NCBI GenBank assembly: GCA_964350885.1 | Contig: CAYGKV010000004.1 | Span: 4,480 to 68,479 of the forward strand | Direction of reading: 5' to 3' | Length of the DNA: 64,000 bases | Source of the DNA: an uncultured Candidatus Saccharibacteria bacterium | GTDB lineage: Bacteria > Patescibacteriota > Minisyncoccia > Phycocordibacterales > UBA2100 | In this document: positions 18,985 through 30,388 of the stretch, piece after piece | Position numbering within the stretch: position 1 is the stretch's first letter | How the letters are laid out: every line of letters begins with the position of its first letter | Position numbers and translations under genes: made by a program | Notes under the pieces: model-generated | The model's database searches: none | What the model saw: the letters and a program-made list of their open reading frames with translations, nothing else | What the model was told of the DNA's origin: nothing

Positions 18985-19704
18985 CTACAACGAGTATTTC
19001 CCTTCTTTATCGTCGCGGACAATACGACCTTGATCCATGGTGATGACGCGCCGACCGACCGAGTCAACGATCGATTTGTTGTGTGTCGTGAGAAGGACCG
19101 TTGTTCCCAGGTCATTGATCTTCTTGAGTATCCTGACCACGTCGTGCGCATTCACGGGGTCCAAGTTGCCCGTCGGCTCATCTGCGATAAGGACATCCGG
19201 CTGGTTCACAATGGCACGCGCGATGGCCACCCGCTGCTGCTCTCCGCCCGAAAGCTGGTGCGGGAATACCCACATTTTGTCCGAAAGGCCTACGAGGTCG
19301 AGCACATGGGGGACATCGCCCGCAATATCTTCGTCGGATCGTCCAGCAACCTCAAGCGCAAACGCGATATTCTCATACACATTCTTTGTGGGCAGCAGGC
19401 GGAAATCCTGGAACACTGTACCAATCTTCCGACGAAGCTTCAGGAGGTCGTTTACAGACAATCCCCCTATGTCGTGAGACCCAAAATACACCGTGCCTTC
19501 GGTCGGCACAACTTCCGCAAAAAGCATCTTGAGAAGTGTCGTCTTTCCTGCTCCGGAATGCCCTACGATGGAGACAAATTCTCCAGGTTCCACCCCGAGC
19601 GTAACGTCCGCCACCGCCGGCGGCACACCATCGATGTATACTTTTGTGACTTTGTCGAAATAAATCATGAATGAGGTTTGGGGGGATGAGTTTGAAGGTG
19701 TCAT
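18985..19704 (-). CDS. ftsE: cell-division ABC transporter ATP-binding protein FtsE
   Basis: Walker [10 protein letters not shown], signature [14 protein letters not shown], Walker [12 protein letters not shown]; ~239 aa. Confidence 0.9.
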   Translation of the reverse strand: MTPSNSSPQTSFMIYFDKVTKVYIDGVPPAVADVTLGVEPGEFVSIVGHSGAGKTTLLKMLFAEVVPTEGTVYFGSHDIGGLSVNDLLKLRRKIGTVFQDFRLLPTKNVYENIAFALEVAGRSDEDIAGDVPHVLDLVGLSDKMWVFPHQLSGGEQQRVAIARAIVNQPDVLIADEPTGNLDPVNAHDVVRILKKINDLGTTVLLTTHNKSIVDSVGRRVITMDQGRIVRDDKEGKYSL

Positions 19705-20603
19705 TATACCGCGGACATCGCCCCTTCCAAATTCTTTTCCGCATCAACAAAGCTCTGGATGTCGCCGTTTAGTACTTTGTCGACATCGCGACGCTCGTGG
19801 TCCGTGCGATGATCCTTCACCAATTGATAGGGGTGCAGTGTGTACGAACGAATCTGGCTTCCCCACTCGATTTTTGTGTTTGCAGCTACAGAGAGTCCTC
19901 GTGATTCTGCCTTTTGCTGCTCTTCACGCAATCGATAGAGCTTGCCGCGAAGCATTTCGAGCGCCTTCTCGCGATTTTGCAATTGACTGCGCTCGGAAGT
20001 AACGTGTACGGAGAAGCCGGATGGTTTGTGTGTCATGCGCACCGCGGTGTCGCGCTTGTTCACGTTTTGCCCCCCTGGACCACCCGATCGCGCTACCGTG
20101 ATCTCAAGATCCGTGTCCGGAATATGCAGATCGCCCTGGTCAGGCAACTTGGGCAGCACTTCGACGAGAGAAAAAGAGGTCTGCCGCTTCCCTGCGGAAT
20201 TAAATGGCGACATCCGCACGAGCCGGTGCACCCCCGCTTCGTGTTTGAGAGCGCCATACGCTCCGGCGCCATCTACTTCAAATGAAATACTTCGGTAGCC
20301 TCCCATAGAATTTTCGTTCGAGGCGATGAGCCCCGTGTTCCACCCTTTCCCCGCAGCGTATTTCTTATACATATCAAAGAGAATCCTCGAAAAATCCTCC
20401 GCATCGTCGCCTCCTGCGCCGGAGACAATAGTGATGAGCGCATCGCTTTTATCGTACCCGCCACCGCCCGCGAGCTTGGTTTTCAAGTCTTGATATTCTT
20501 TCAGCACAGCTTGTGCCTTTTCTTTATCGCTCCAAAAGTCCGAGTCGCCCATCAGCGCCTCTATTTCTTGAATTCTCGCTTCAATCGCACCTTTTTGCCG
20601 CAT
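19704..20603 (-). CDS. prfB: peptide chain release factor 2 (short form, no obvious frameshift site)
   Basis: SPF tripeptide motif and GGQ ([10 protein letters not shown]); 299 aa, shorter than E. coli RF2; no CUU UGA shift site seen upstream. Confidence 0.8.
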   Translation of the reverse strand: MRQKGAIEARIQEIEALMGDSDFWSDKEKAQAVLKEYQDLKTKLAGGGGYDKSDALITIVSGAGGDDAEDFSRILFDMYKKYAAGKGWNTGLIASNENSMGGYRSISFEVDGAGAYGALKHEAGVHRLVRMSPFNSAGKRQTSFSLVEVLPKLPDQGDLHIPDTDLEITVARSGGPGGQNVNKRDTAVRMTHKPSGFSVHVTSERSQLQNREKALEMLRGKLYRLREEQQKAESRGLSVAANTKIEWGSQIRSYTLHPYQLVKDHRTDHERRDVDKVLNGDIQSFVDAEKNLEGAMSAV

Positions 20604-20644
20604 GCCTGTAGTATAGCAGGGAGCTTTGTGGTACTGTTTTTCTC

Positions 20645-20992
20645 ATGAGTGAAGGCCTGTCTGGAAAATTCCGAAACTGGCTGGACCCAAAAACCGAATC
20701 GCCTAATCGATGGAAGCCGTACCCAGATGCGATCGTTCGCCTCAAAGTCGGGACGGATTTCGATAGAGCAGCCTTAGAACGAGCAGGAATATCACTGAAT
20801 CCGAAGAGTCTCTATCAAATCAAAGAGTACAAAGGTACGGATTATGGCTACCTCCTATATTTGAACGAAGTAAATGTCCAACACATTATGGGCAAACGGC
20901 TCGTGAACATCATTCACGAACTCACCGATCCGCTGAATATTGATCTATTCGAACTCCTGAAACCCGAAATCAAGAGTGTAGAAGAAGAGTAG
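20645..20992 (+). CDS. hypothetical protein
   Basis: 115-aa ORF convergent on tRNA-Thr genes; no recognisable motif. Confidence 0.35.
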   Translation: MSEGLSGKFRNWLDPKTESPNRWKPYPDAIVRLKVGTDFDRAALERAGISLNPKSLYQIKEYKGTDYGYLLYLNEVNVQHIMGKRLVNIIHELTDPLNIDLFELLKPEIKSVEEE

Positions 20993-21008
20993 GTCGACTT
21001 TTTGATTG

Positions 21009-21081
21009 AGCCGAGACCGGGATTCGAACCCGGGACCTATGCTTTACGAAAGCATTGCTCTACCAACTGAGCTATCTCGGC
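21009..21081 (-). tRNA. tRNA-Thr (anticodon CGT)
   Basis: RC: GCCGAGA-TA-GCTCAGTTGGTAGAGC-A-ATGCT-TTCGTAA-AGCAT-AGGTC-CCGGG-TTCGAAT-CCCGG-TCTCGGC-T; clean cloverleaf, no CCA encoded. Confidence 0.85.
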
Positions 21082-21101
21082 GCTCCTGAATTGTATCAGG
21101 G

Positions 21102-21174
21102 AGCCGATGTCCGGGATTGAACCGGAGACCTCGTCCTTACCAAGGACGTGCTCTACCAACTGAGCTACATCGGC
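21102..21174 (-). tRNA. tRNA-Thr (anticodon GGT)
   Basis: RC: GCCGATG-TA-GCTCAGTTGGTAGAGC-A-CGTCC-TTGGTAA-GGACG-AGGTC-TCCGG-TTCAATC-CCGGA-CATCGGC-T. Confidence 0.85.
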
Positions 21175-21189
21175 GACAAAACGATACTA

Positions 21190-21825
21190 TCACGCAACAG
21201 GATACTCCCACAATTTCTCGATGATCGGCACAGCAGAAGCATCATTGATCTCTTCTGGTTTGATGCTTGCATTGGCAAAAATTTGCCGCTCCAGCTCTCT
21301 ACAGAGGGGCAGAACATCCGCATGCACAGAGCCCCCCTTCCCCGCGTAGCGTCGGCTAAAATCTGTGAGCCGTTCTTCAAGCGAGACGATGGCATGGGGC
21401 CCTACACGCAGATCAGCGTACTGACATACTTTCAGTTCAATTGATCCTGTCTCAAGGATATTACCAACACGGGAAAAGCCACTCGCATTCATGATATCGA
21501 TAATCTCTGCCGACAAACCAATTTCGTGGGCAATCGCCGCATTCACGGCATGCTGCTCACTACTATATCTTTTTATGAAATCCGCTTGTACCGATTCCCA
21601 GTACTCTAATCCTTCGGGCTGCACAAATTCCGGAAAATATGCGAGGTCAAATTTGACGATGTTGCCCATGTCGTGAAAAAGACATTCCAAGACGACATCA
21701 TTCGTACCGATTGGTTTCGTAAATCGATCACATACTAATTTCGCGACAGCCGCGACCCGCACTTGGTGCAGTTGTAAATTCGGCATTATGTTGTATGCCT
21801 TGTATATTTCGCGCGGAGTCCGCAT
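21190..21825 (-). CDS. HD-domain phosphohydrolase
   Basis: His...HD...D metal-binding signature (LECLFHDMGN, later AIAHEIG); 211 aa. Confidence 0.65.
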   Translation of the reverse strand: MRTPREIYKAYNIMPNLQLHQVRVAAVAKLVCDRFTKPIGTNDVVLECLFHDMGNIVKFDLAYFPEFVQPEGLEYWESVQADFIKRYSSEQHAVNAAIAHEIGLSAEIIDIMNASGFSRVGNILETGSIELKVCQYADLRVGPHAIVSLEERLTDFSRRYAGKGGSVHADVLPLCRELERQIFANASIKPEEINDASAVPIIEKLWEYPVA

Positions 21826-21841
21826 GAGAAAATCTTACCAC

Positions 21842-22381
21842 TTATGCCGCTTTCTCTAAGGAAGCGCTGGGCGGCTCGTTATCGTTTGCAGCAGACTTCT
21901 GCATCTTCAAGAATCGAGGAAAGTGCTGCGCCATTTTCCCGACCGCACCACGTACTCCTTCGTCCTCTATAACGGCACGGTAATACCCATGCCCCTGTAA
22001 GAACTCCTGGGCAAAATGGAAAATCTCTTGGAGAACACGCACTTGTGAATGAGCTCCTGAGAGTCGAAATTGTCGAACTTCTGCTTTGTGTTCGGCAACA
22101 AACTTCTCAATTGCCAAAAACGCCACGATTTTTCCATCCTTCTTCAGGACAAACAACTCTCCCTGCTTGCCTGGGCCCAGATATTTCTCGTACAGATCTC
22201 TGATCTCATCTTTCCTTTCTCCAAACGAGCGACCTTCTTCTTTATCAAGACCATTGATTTCCAGAGCTGCAATTTCACTCCAGTACTGATTCAGTGTCTC
22301 GGGTGTCAAACGCTCGGACGCAAATCCTTTCGCCTGCTCCATCTTTCCTTCCATCTGCTTCCCTCCTGAGGAGTTGTCCAT
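21842..22381 (-). CDS. hypothetical protein (possible acyltransferase-like fold)
   Basis: Start taken at internal ATG (MDNSSGGKQMEGK...); no strong motif; track ORF extends to 22432. Confidence 0.3.
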   Translation of the reverse strand: MDNSSGGKQMEGKMEQAKGFASERLTPETLNQYWSEIAALEINGLDKEEGRSFGERKDEIRDLYEKYLGPGKQGELFVLKKDGKIVAFLAIEKFVAEHKAEVRQFRLSGAHSQVRVLQEIFHFAQEFLQGHGYYRAVIEDEGVRGAVGKMAQHFPRFLKMQKSAANDNEPPSASLEKAA

Positions 22382-22467
22382 ATGCCAGCATAATAACACG
22401 CTACTCCTTATTTCCACGAACAATATCAACAAAACGGACCCGTATAAGTGGGTCCGTTTTGGCGATG

Positions 22468-22541
22468 CGCGAGCGACCGGATTCGAACCGGCGACCTTTC
22501 CCGTGACAGGGGAACGCTCTAACCAGCTGAGCTACGCCCGC
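22468..22541 (-). tRNA. tRNA-Asp (anticodon GTC)
   Basis: RC: GCGGGCG-TA-GCTCAGCTGGTTAGAGC-G-TTCCC-CTGTCAC-GGGAA-AGGTC-GCCGG-TTCGAAT-CCGGT-CGCTCGC-G. Confidence 0.85.
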
Positions 22542-22592
22542 AACAGACATACAATACTTGAAAAACCTGACTCTATCAATCAAAATCGCGAA

Positions 22593-22664
22593 TGCCGACG
22601 GCAGGGATCGAACCTGCGACCTAGCCCTTATGAAGGGCTCGCTCCACCACTGAGCTACGTCGGC
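22593..22664 (-). tRNA. tRNA-Met elongator-type (anticodon CAT; could also be a lysidine-type Ile2 tRNA)
   Basis: RC: GCCGACG-TA-GCTCAGTGGTGGAGC-G-AGCCC-TTCATAA-GGGCT-AGGTC-GCAGG-TTCGATC-CCTGC-CGTCGGC-A; C11:G24 and perfect 1:72 pair, so not an initiator. Confidence 0.8.
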
Positions 22665-23344
22665 TTCTTGTGATACGCCCCTAGTACATCTAAATAAGCG
22701 AGAACTCGATATTTTAGACTTGTTCCTTTCCGCACCCGAAGCGCTAATACACCATAATACGAATTGTGATTTTCGTAAACCTTCTTATTTTTGACTTTTA
22801 TGAATACAACTTTTCGAAACTGTGTATCCGGCAGACCAAGGAGCTTAGACCAAAACTCCTGAACGATATGTTCCCTTGACCGATGCATCTCATTTATGAA
22901 TATTTGGGGTCGAAACATCTCTTTGGGAATTTCAAACATCGTACGAAACCACTGGAACATAAAAAATATAATCTTTGGATCTGAATTTGCGATTGCAACT
23001 GTACCCTTGCCTTTAATTCCCTCCCCCCAATAAACACCGAGTCCTGCAAGTAGAATCTCGCGAGAACTCAGATTTTTGAGATCGCGCTGGGCTGCAACAC
23101 GAAACTGAGCAATGGCATCTTCTTTCTTCCGTCGATTAGTCGCCGCTCCTTCAAGTTGACCGCGTCGAACACCGCCTTCGGCACGCTTCACAAGTAAGAG
23201 GGTTTGTGCATTTGTGAGTACAATATCACCGCACCACACACTAACGCTGGCTTTTGAGACATGCAGCTCTTTCGCAATACTTCGTATACTCCAACCACTT
23301 TTTCGCAAGACCCTCGCGCGAAGTCTCTCTTTTGATTTTGCCAT
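22655..23344 (-). CDS. HTH + LAGLIDADG-like (single-motif) putative homing-endonuclease-family protein, paralog A
   Basis: N-terminal resolvase/Hin-like HTH (SIRSIAKELHVSKASVSVW); central motif ILLAGLGVYWGEGIKGKGTVAIANSDP resembling a LAGLIDADG block with acidic Glu; 3' end abuts or overlaps tRNA-Met by ~10 nt; clear paralog of 49619..50317. Confidence 0.5.
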   Translation of the reverse strand: MAKSKERLRARVLRKSGWSIRSIAKELHVSKASVSVWCGDIVLTNAQTLLLVKRAEGGVRRGQLEGAATNRRKKEDAIAQFRVAAQRDLKNLSSREILLAGLGVYWGEGIKGKGTVAIANSDPKIIFFMFQWFRTMFEIPKEMFRPQIFINEMHRSREHIVQEFWSKLLGLPDTQFRKVVFIKVKNKKVYENHNSYYGVLALRVRKGTSLKYRVLAYLDVLGAYHKKPT

Positions 23345-23603
23345 GTATCATATTGTATATAACGCGTATATGTGTGTCCATCTTCCTATCCCCCTTAATA
23401 TTGTCCGTGATACCCTCATCACTATGTGGCACAATGTCATGCAGGTTAATTCCGTTCTCCTCGCGCTATCCGCAATCTATCTTATTTATTCTATTGGTAC
23501 CGCCCTCTTGAACGGAACTTGGAAGCAACTTCTCCTCGCCTTTCTTTTGTTCGCATTCTTTGTAATCCTCGAGATCGTGATAGCAGCAATCAGAGAATCT
23601 TAA
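23343..23603 (+). CDS. small membrane protein, hypothetical
   Basis: Divergent from 22655..23344; hydrophobic C-terminal half (LLALSAIYLIYSIGTALL...FLLFAFFVILEIVIAAI); followed by a hairpin+T-run terminator at ~23612-23665. Confidence 0.3.
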   Translation: MYHIVYNAYMCVHLPIPLNIVRDTLITMWHNVMQVNSVLLALSAIYLIYSIGTALLNGTWKQLLLAFLLFAFFVILEIVIAAIRES

Positions 23604-23667
23604 GCGCGCAGGAACTCTGCCCCCTCAAGCAAAAGCACAACGCCCTTCGTGGGCGCTTTGCTTTTGA

Positions 23668-23690
23668 CTTGTTGCGGGGTCGGGAATTGG
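23668..23690 (-). repeat. 23-nt partial copy (21/23 identical) of the tRNA-fMet 3' end (T-arm half + acceptor), same orientation as the tRNA
   Basis: CTTGTTGCGGGGTCGGGAATTGG vs CTTGTTGCGGGGGCGGGAATTGC at 23869-23891; a third short copy CCCGCAACAAG at 24038-24048 in opposite orientation. Confidence 0.6.
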
Positions 23691-23830
23691 TCAGGAATAT
23701 TTCTTGTGCCGTCGCACAAAAGATTTCACGACCCTGGCTCGCGGTCGCAGCGTACTCGCTGCAACATCGCTGCGCCTTGCAATTCCCGACGCGAAGTGCG
23801 TAGGCACTTCGCTCCCCCGCACTTCAGAGC

Positions 23831-23858
23831 ACAGCAAAAAATCCGCACGAGGCGGATT
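23831..23858 (-). terminator. Rho-independent terminator immediately downstream of tRNA-fMet
   Basis: Minus-strand AATCCGCC-TCGTG-CGGATT followed by TTTTTGCTG. Confidence 0.6.
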
Positions 23859-23872
23859 CTTTGCTGTACTTG

Positions 23873-23944
23873 TTGCGGGGGCGGGAATTGCACCCGCGAC
23901 CTTGAGGTTATGAGCCTCACGAGCTACTACTGCTCCACCCCGCT
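23873..23944 (-). tRNA. initiator tRNA-fMet (anticodon CAT)
   Basis: RC: AGCGGGG-TG-GAGC-AGTAGTA-GCTC-G-TGAGG-CTCATAA-CCTCA-AGGTC-GCGGG-TGCAATT-CCCGC-CCCCGCA-A. Initiator marks: 1:72 mismatch (A.A), A11:U24, acceptor 3' strand identical to E. coli tRNA-fMet. Unusual G at T-loop position 55. Confidence 0.75.
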
Positions 23945-24153
23945 TTCACCAATGTACTACGAGCGAGGGGGAGGTGCAATAAATGGTATTCATATCGCGG
24001 AGCAAGCTCCGCATGAGAATGCGCTTCGCGCATTCTCACCCGCAACAAGTCGCGGGATATTCGACCCTGTGTTAGCTCCTCGGCTCGGAAATGAAAATGA
24101 TTACATTTTCATTTCACTCGCTCTACGTCGCTAATCAAAACATCGCGATCCGC

Positions 24154-24858
24154 TCACTCAACAAAATTAAATTCTTTGAAAACTCGCTCGTACAGTGCGA
24201 TGACACGGCGCGCCTCGCGCGCCGTAACGCGGTGCGCATCCCCTTCGTGAGCAATCTTATTGCGAATTCGGTGCGCCTCCCACGCGAGATCGATCGTATT
24301 CCAATTCGCACGATCAACGCCGCGCATCTTGTCACCCATTGTTTCGCCCCTGTATCCCAAAACATCGAGTAGCTCATTCAACATTATGTCGGCTTCGAGA
24401 ATAGCGAGCCGGGCCGATTTTTCCGAATCTGAATTCGCCTGTTCGAGTACCCTGTGCCACCGCAGCTGAGTCTTCGGAAGATCTTGCGCGACTATCGTAC
24501 TCTGCGCTGCTTCAAACCGGCGATTCTCGATTTGCCGAATCTGGAAGACGCGGATGCAACAATAGATGATGAGCGCCGTGAGACACAACGAGACCATGAG
24601 AGAAATCGCTACAAATACACTCCATCGCTGGAACAATATTTCGTACACGCCTGGCGCAGAGGCCATCTGGAGATAACTGACAATCTGGGGCGCAGTGACC
24701 GGCGTGGTAATTACTGAGGCCATGGGAGACGAGACCCCCTCTGGAAGAGGCGCTCCCGTACCCACAACTGTCACAACAGCGCCAGGTATCCATTTGAAAG
24801 CTACCTCGCCTACAAACCAAAGCGCCCACCCGAGAGAGCTTCCTGTAGTCGGTTCCAT
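24154..24858 (-). CDS. membrane protein with C-terminal HEPN-like (DUF4145/Apea-type, R-x4-H) domain
   Basis: TM segment WSVFVAISLMVSLCLTALIIYCCIRVF; C-terminal LAWEAHRIRNKIAHEGD contains the Rx4-6H HEPN motif; start uncertain (alternative ATGs at 24723, 24666). Confidence 0.45.
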   Translation of the reverse strand: MEPTTGSSLGWALWFVGEVAFKWIPGAVVTVVGTGAPLPEGVSSPMASVITTPVTAPQIVSYLQMASAPGVYEILFQRWSVFVAISLMVSLCLTALIIYCCIRVFQIRQIENRRFEAAQSTIVAQDLPKTQLRWHRVLEQANSDSEKSARLAILEADIMLNELLDVLGYRGETMGDKMRGVDRANWNTIDLAWEAHRIRNKIAHEGDAHRVTAREARRVIALYERVFKEFNFVE

Positions 24859-24870
24859 TGTGGGATTATA

Positions 24871-26289
24871 CTACGTTCGTTCGATATTCTCCGCGATTGT
24901 AAACAAAGACTCTTCTCTCCCCCACGCTCCAACAATCTGAAAACCAACGGGAAGAGTGACCCCATCGCGTACAACGCTCCCCGAAGGCACCGATATCGCT
25001 GGCACACCCGCAAGATTCACCGGCACGGCGAAAATATCTTCTGCATACATCGCAAGCGGATCGCCTGTCTTCGTGCCAAGTACAAATGCCGGGGCAGGAG
25101 TCGTCGGCATCACGACCGCATCGACCTGTTCAAACGCAAGACGAAATTCGTCTTTGATAACCGAGCGTACGGCACGAGCTTGGCGATAGTACGCATCCGC
25201 ATACCCTGAAGAGAGGACGAATGTTCCTACGAGAATCCTGCGCCGCGTCTCGGGACCAAAACCAGCAGCTCTTGTCTTTGAGTACACTTCCCCTATCGTA
25301 TCCGCTGAAATCGACAACCCGTATCGAATACCATCGAGTCGCGCAAGATTTGTAGAAACTTCTGCTGGCATGAGTATGTAATAAACGGCAAGCCCATAGG
25401 GAAGGGTTGGCATTTCAATATCGCGAATCTCGTAGCCCGCCTTTTTCAAACCATCGAGCGTCTTTTCAAACACCACGAGAAGATCGACATCAACTCCTTT
25501 TTGCAAAAAAGCTCGCGGCACACCAAGCACACGTGGCCGTGTGCGTGTTGCCTCTGCCGATGTGTTCGGAAGAGAAGTGCTGTCTTTTTCGTCATACCCT
25601 AGAATCACGTTGTATACCGTGCGGGCATCCGCGACCGTTTTTGCAAGAGGGCCGATTTGGTCGAGCGAGGATCCCATGGCAATCAATCCAGAGCGCGATA
25701 CGGCCCCATAGGTTGGTTTCAGACCGACGAGGCCCGTATGTGCGGCGGGTTGTCGTATAGAACCTCCGGTATCAGATCCGAGAGCTGCGAGCGCCAGATT
25801 TCCAGCGACCGCAGCAGCGGAGCCGCCAGACGAGCCACCGGGTACTCGCTTCAGATCCAGAGGATTCTTGGTCGGACCGTAGGCAGAATTCTCGGTCGAG
25901 CTTCCCATGGCAAATTCGTCCATGTTGGTGCGGCCGAGAAACACCGCCCCCTGTATTTTGAGTTTTGAAATGACCGTCGCATCGTACGATGCGCGATACT
26001 GCTCGAGGATCTTCGATGCAGCGCTTGCGACACGACCTTCGATGAGAATGTTGTCTTTGATCGCAAGTGGGATCCCGGTGAGCGGCATCGCCCCCCCACG
26101 CGCTATCATTTCGTCTGCCTTTTTCGCCTCCGCTCGTGCAGAATCCGCCCACACCTCGAGGTACGCATGGATTTCTGGGTCTTTCTTCGCTATCGCCTCA
26201 AGGTACGCATTGGTGAGTTCGAGCGCAGAATATTCCTTTGCGTCCAACGCACGTCGCGCTTCTGCAATCGTAAGTGTAGAAAGATCCAT
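24871..26289 (-). CDS. gatA: Glu-tRNA(Gln)/Asp-tRNA(Asn) amidotransferase subunit A
   Basis: Amidase signature GGSSGGSAAAVA, Ser-cisSer-Lys triad context; 472 aa; followed by gatC. Confidence 0.9.
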   Translation of the reverse strand: MDLSTLTIAEARRALDAKEYSALELTNAYLEAIAKKDPEIHAYLEVWADSARAEAKKADEMIARGGAMPLTGIPLAIKDNILIEGRVASAASKILEQYRASYDATVISKLKIQGAVFLGRTNMDEFAMGSSTENSAYGPTKNPLDLKRVPGGSSGGSAAAVAGNLALAALGSDTGGSIRQPAAHTGLVGLKPTYGAVSRSGLIAMGSSLDQIGPLAKTVADARTVYNVILGYDEKDSTSLPNTSAEATRTRPRVLGVPRAFLQKGVDVDLLVVFEKTLDGLKKAGYEIRDIEMPTLPYGLAVYYILMPAEVSTNLARLDGIRYGLSISADTIGEVYSKTRAAGFGPETRRRILVGTFVLSSGYADAYYRQARAVRSVIKDEFRLAFEQVDAVVMPTTPAPAFVLGTKTGDPLAMYAEDIFAVPVNLAGVPAISVPSGSVVRDGVTLPVGFQIVGAWGREESLFTIAENIERT

Positions 26290-26290
26290 A

Positions 26291-29158
<2,868 letters not shown>

Positions 29159-29162
<4 letters not shown>

Positions 29163-29728
29163 GTCTGGCTTACGCTATCTTTTGTCCAACGATACATGTT
29201 TTCAGATATGCTGAAGGTACGAACCTTGAAAGCCCCTGTCTGCCACGTGATCGTAACCGTCACGCGAAATTCGTTGACTCCGACAGCCGACACCCTCACC
29301 GTGCGTGTAAAGCGGGTAGTTGTCCAACCCGTGTCACTAGGGTCACTAGTAGGTCTATATCCATACAACGTGCCGTTGGTTTGCAGAGAGATACACGTTC
29401 CTCCATCCTCAGAGCATTCAACAATGGCATCGGAATGAGTCGGATTGAGGCGCACGTCAATCCGAAACGGTTCATCAATCGGAATAATACTAGGATCAAA
29501 AATATCGAGAGTAACTCCGGTCAGAGCAATCCCCAGAATCCGACCGTCGCGAATACTTCGTAGAGTTTCTATCGCTTCTTGAGCAAGGTGGTACGCCGTA
29601 ACCTGATCGCGAGAATAGTACGCAGCCGCGAGACTCTGCGACGCAAGTGACATCGGCGTAACAATCGCGACCGAAAGGAGCGAAATCGCTACCAATGTTT
29701 CTATGAGTGTAAATCCTCTTCTTTTCAT
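29159..29728 (-). CDS. pseudopilin (prepilin-type N-terminal cleavage/methylation domain)
   Basis: MKRRGFTLIETLVAISLL: canonical G/FTLIE motif. Confidence 0.75.
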
Positions 29729-30387
29729 AAATCTAGAGAGCGTTGCACGGCGGTCGCCTGAATATGGAATGTCGTGCGCGCGGAAGTGCCCGGAGCGCCA
29801 GCACTCCCCTTGATGATAATCACTACTTTTGGCTGGATATTATCTCCAACTGTCGTACCCACTACATAGAATTTCATGTCGTCAATGATTACTTCTGGGG
29901 CCGTGAGGGTGGTAGCACCATTACCGCCTACAGATCTCAAAAGCCTTTTATTAACGGAATCATACCGATAAACCCACGGAGGATCTGCCTGAGTGGCATT
30001 ATAGGGTCTAAAAGAAAAGGCTCTTCCGCCACCAGTACAATCTCTCGAGCCACCACTATTCCCTCCACACAACGAGAGGTTAGTTCCGTATCCGTTATAC
30101 GAACTCCCCATGCGCGCAGAACGCACCAAACCATCGAGCACGATGCTGAGATTATTGATAACTGACTGTAGCGCCTGCGCTTTACGATTTGCATTCACAA
30201 GGGCGAGCAATGTGCTCACGGAAACAAGCATGACAACAGAAAAGAGCGCAACCGCGACGATCATTTCGACAAGGGTGAAACCGCGAGATAGGTTATAGGT
30301 TCTAGGTTTCAGGTTCCAGGGAAATACAAAATGCTTGCGATTCCTCCCTGAAAGCTGACACCTGACACCTGGCAACTGTTTCCTCAT
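29725..30387 (-). CDS. pseudopilin (GFTLVE N-terminal domain)
   Basis: SRGFTLVEMIVAVALFSVVML motif; long apparent leader suggests true start is downstream or non-ATG. Confidence 0.65.
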   Translation of the reverse strand: MRKQLPGVRCQLSGRNRKHFVFPWNLKPRTYNLSRGFTLVEMIVAVALFSVVMLVSVSTLLALVNANRKAQALQSVINNLSIVLDGLVRSARMGSSYNGYGTNLSLCGGNSGGSRDCTGGGRAFSFRPYNATQADPPWVYRYDSVNKRLLRSVGGNGATTLTAPEVIIDDMKFYVVGTTVGDNIQPKVVIIIKGSAGAPGTSARTTFHIQATAVQRSLDL

Positions 30388-30388
30388 A

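Noticed and set aside
22593-22664. CAT-anticodon tRNA as the initiator
   Set aside because: It has a perfect 1:72 pair and C11:G24, and its three G-C pairs in the anticodon stem are in reversed polarity. The tRNA at 23873..23944 carries the initiator determinants instead.
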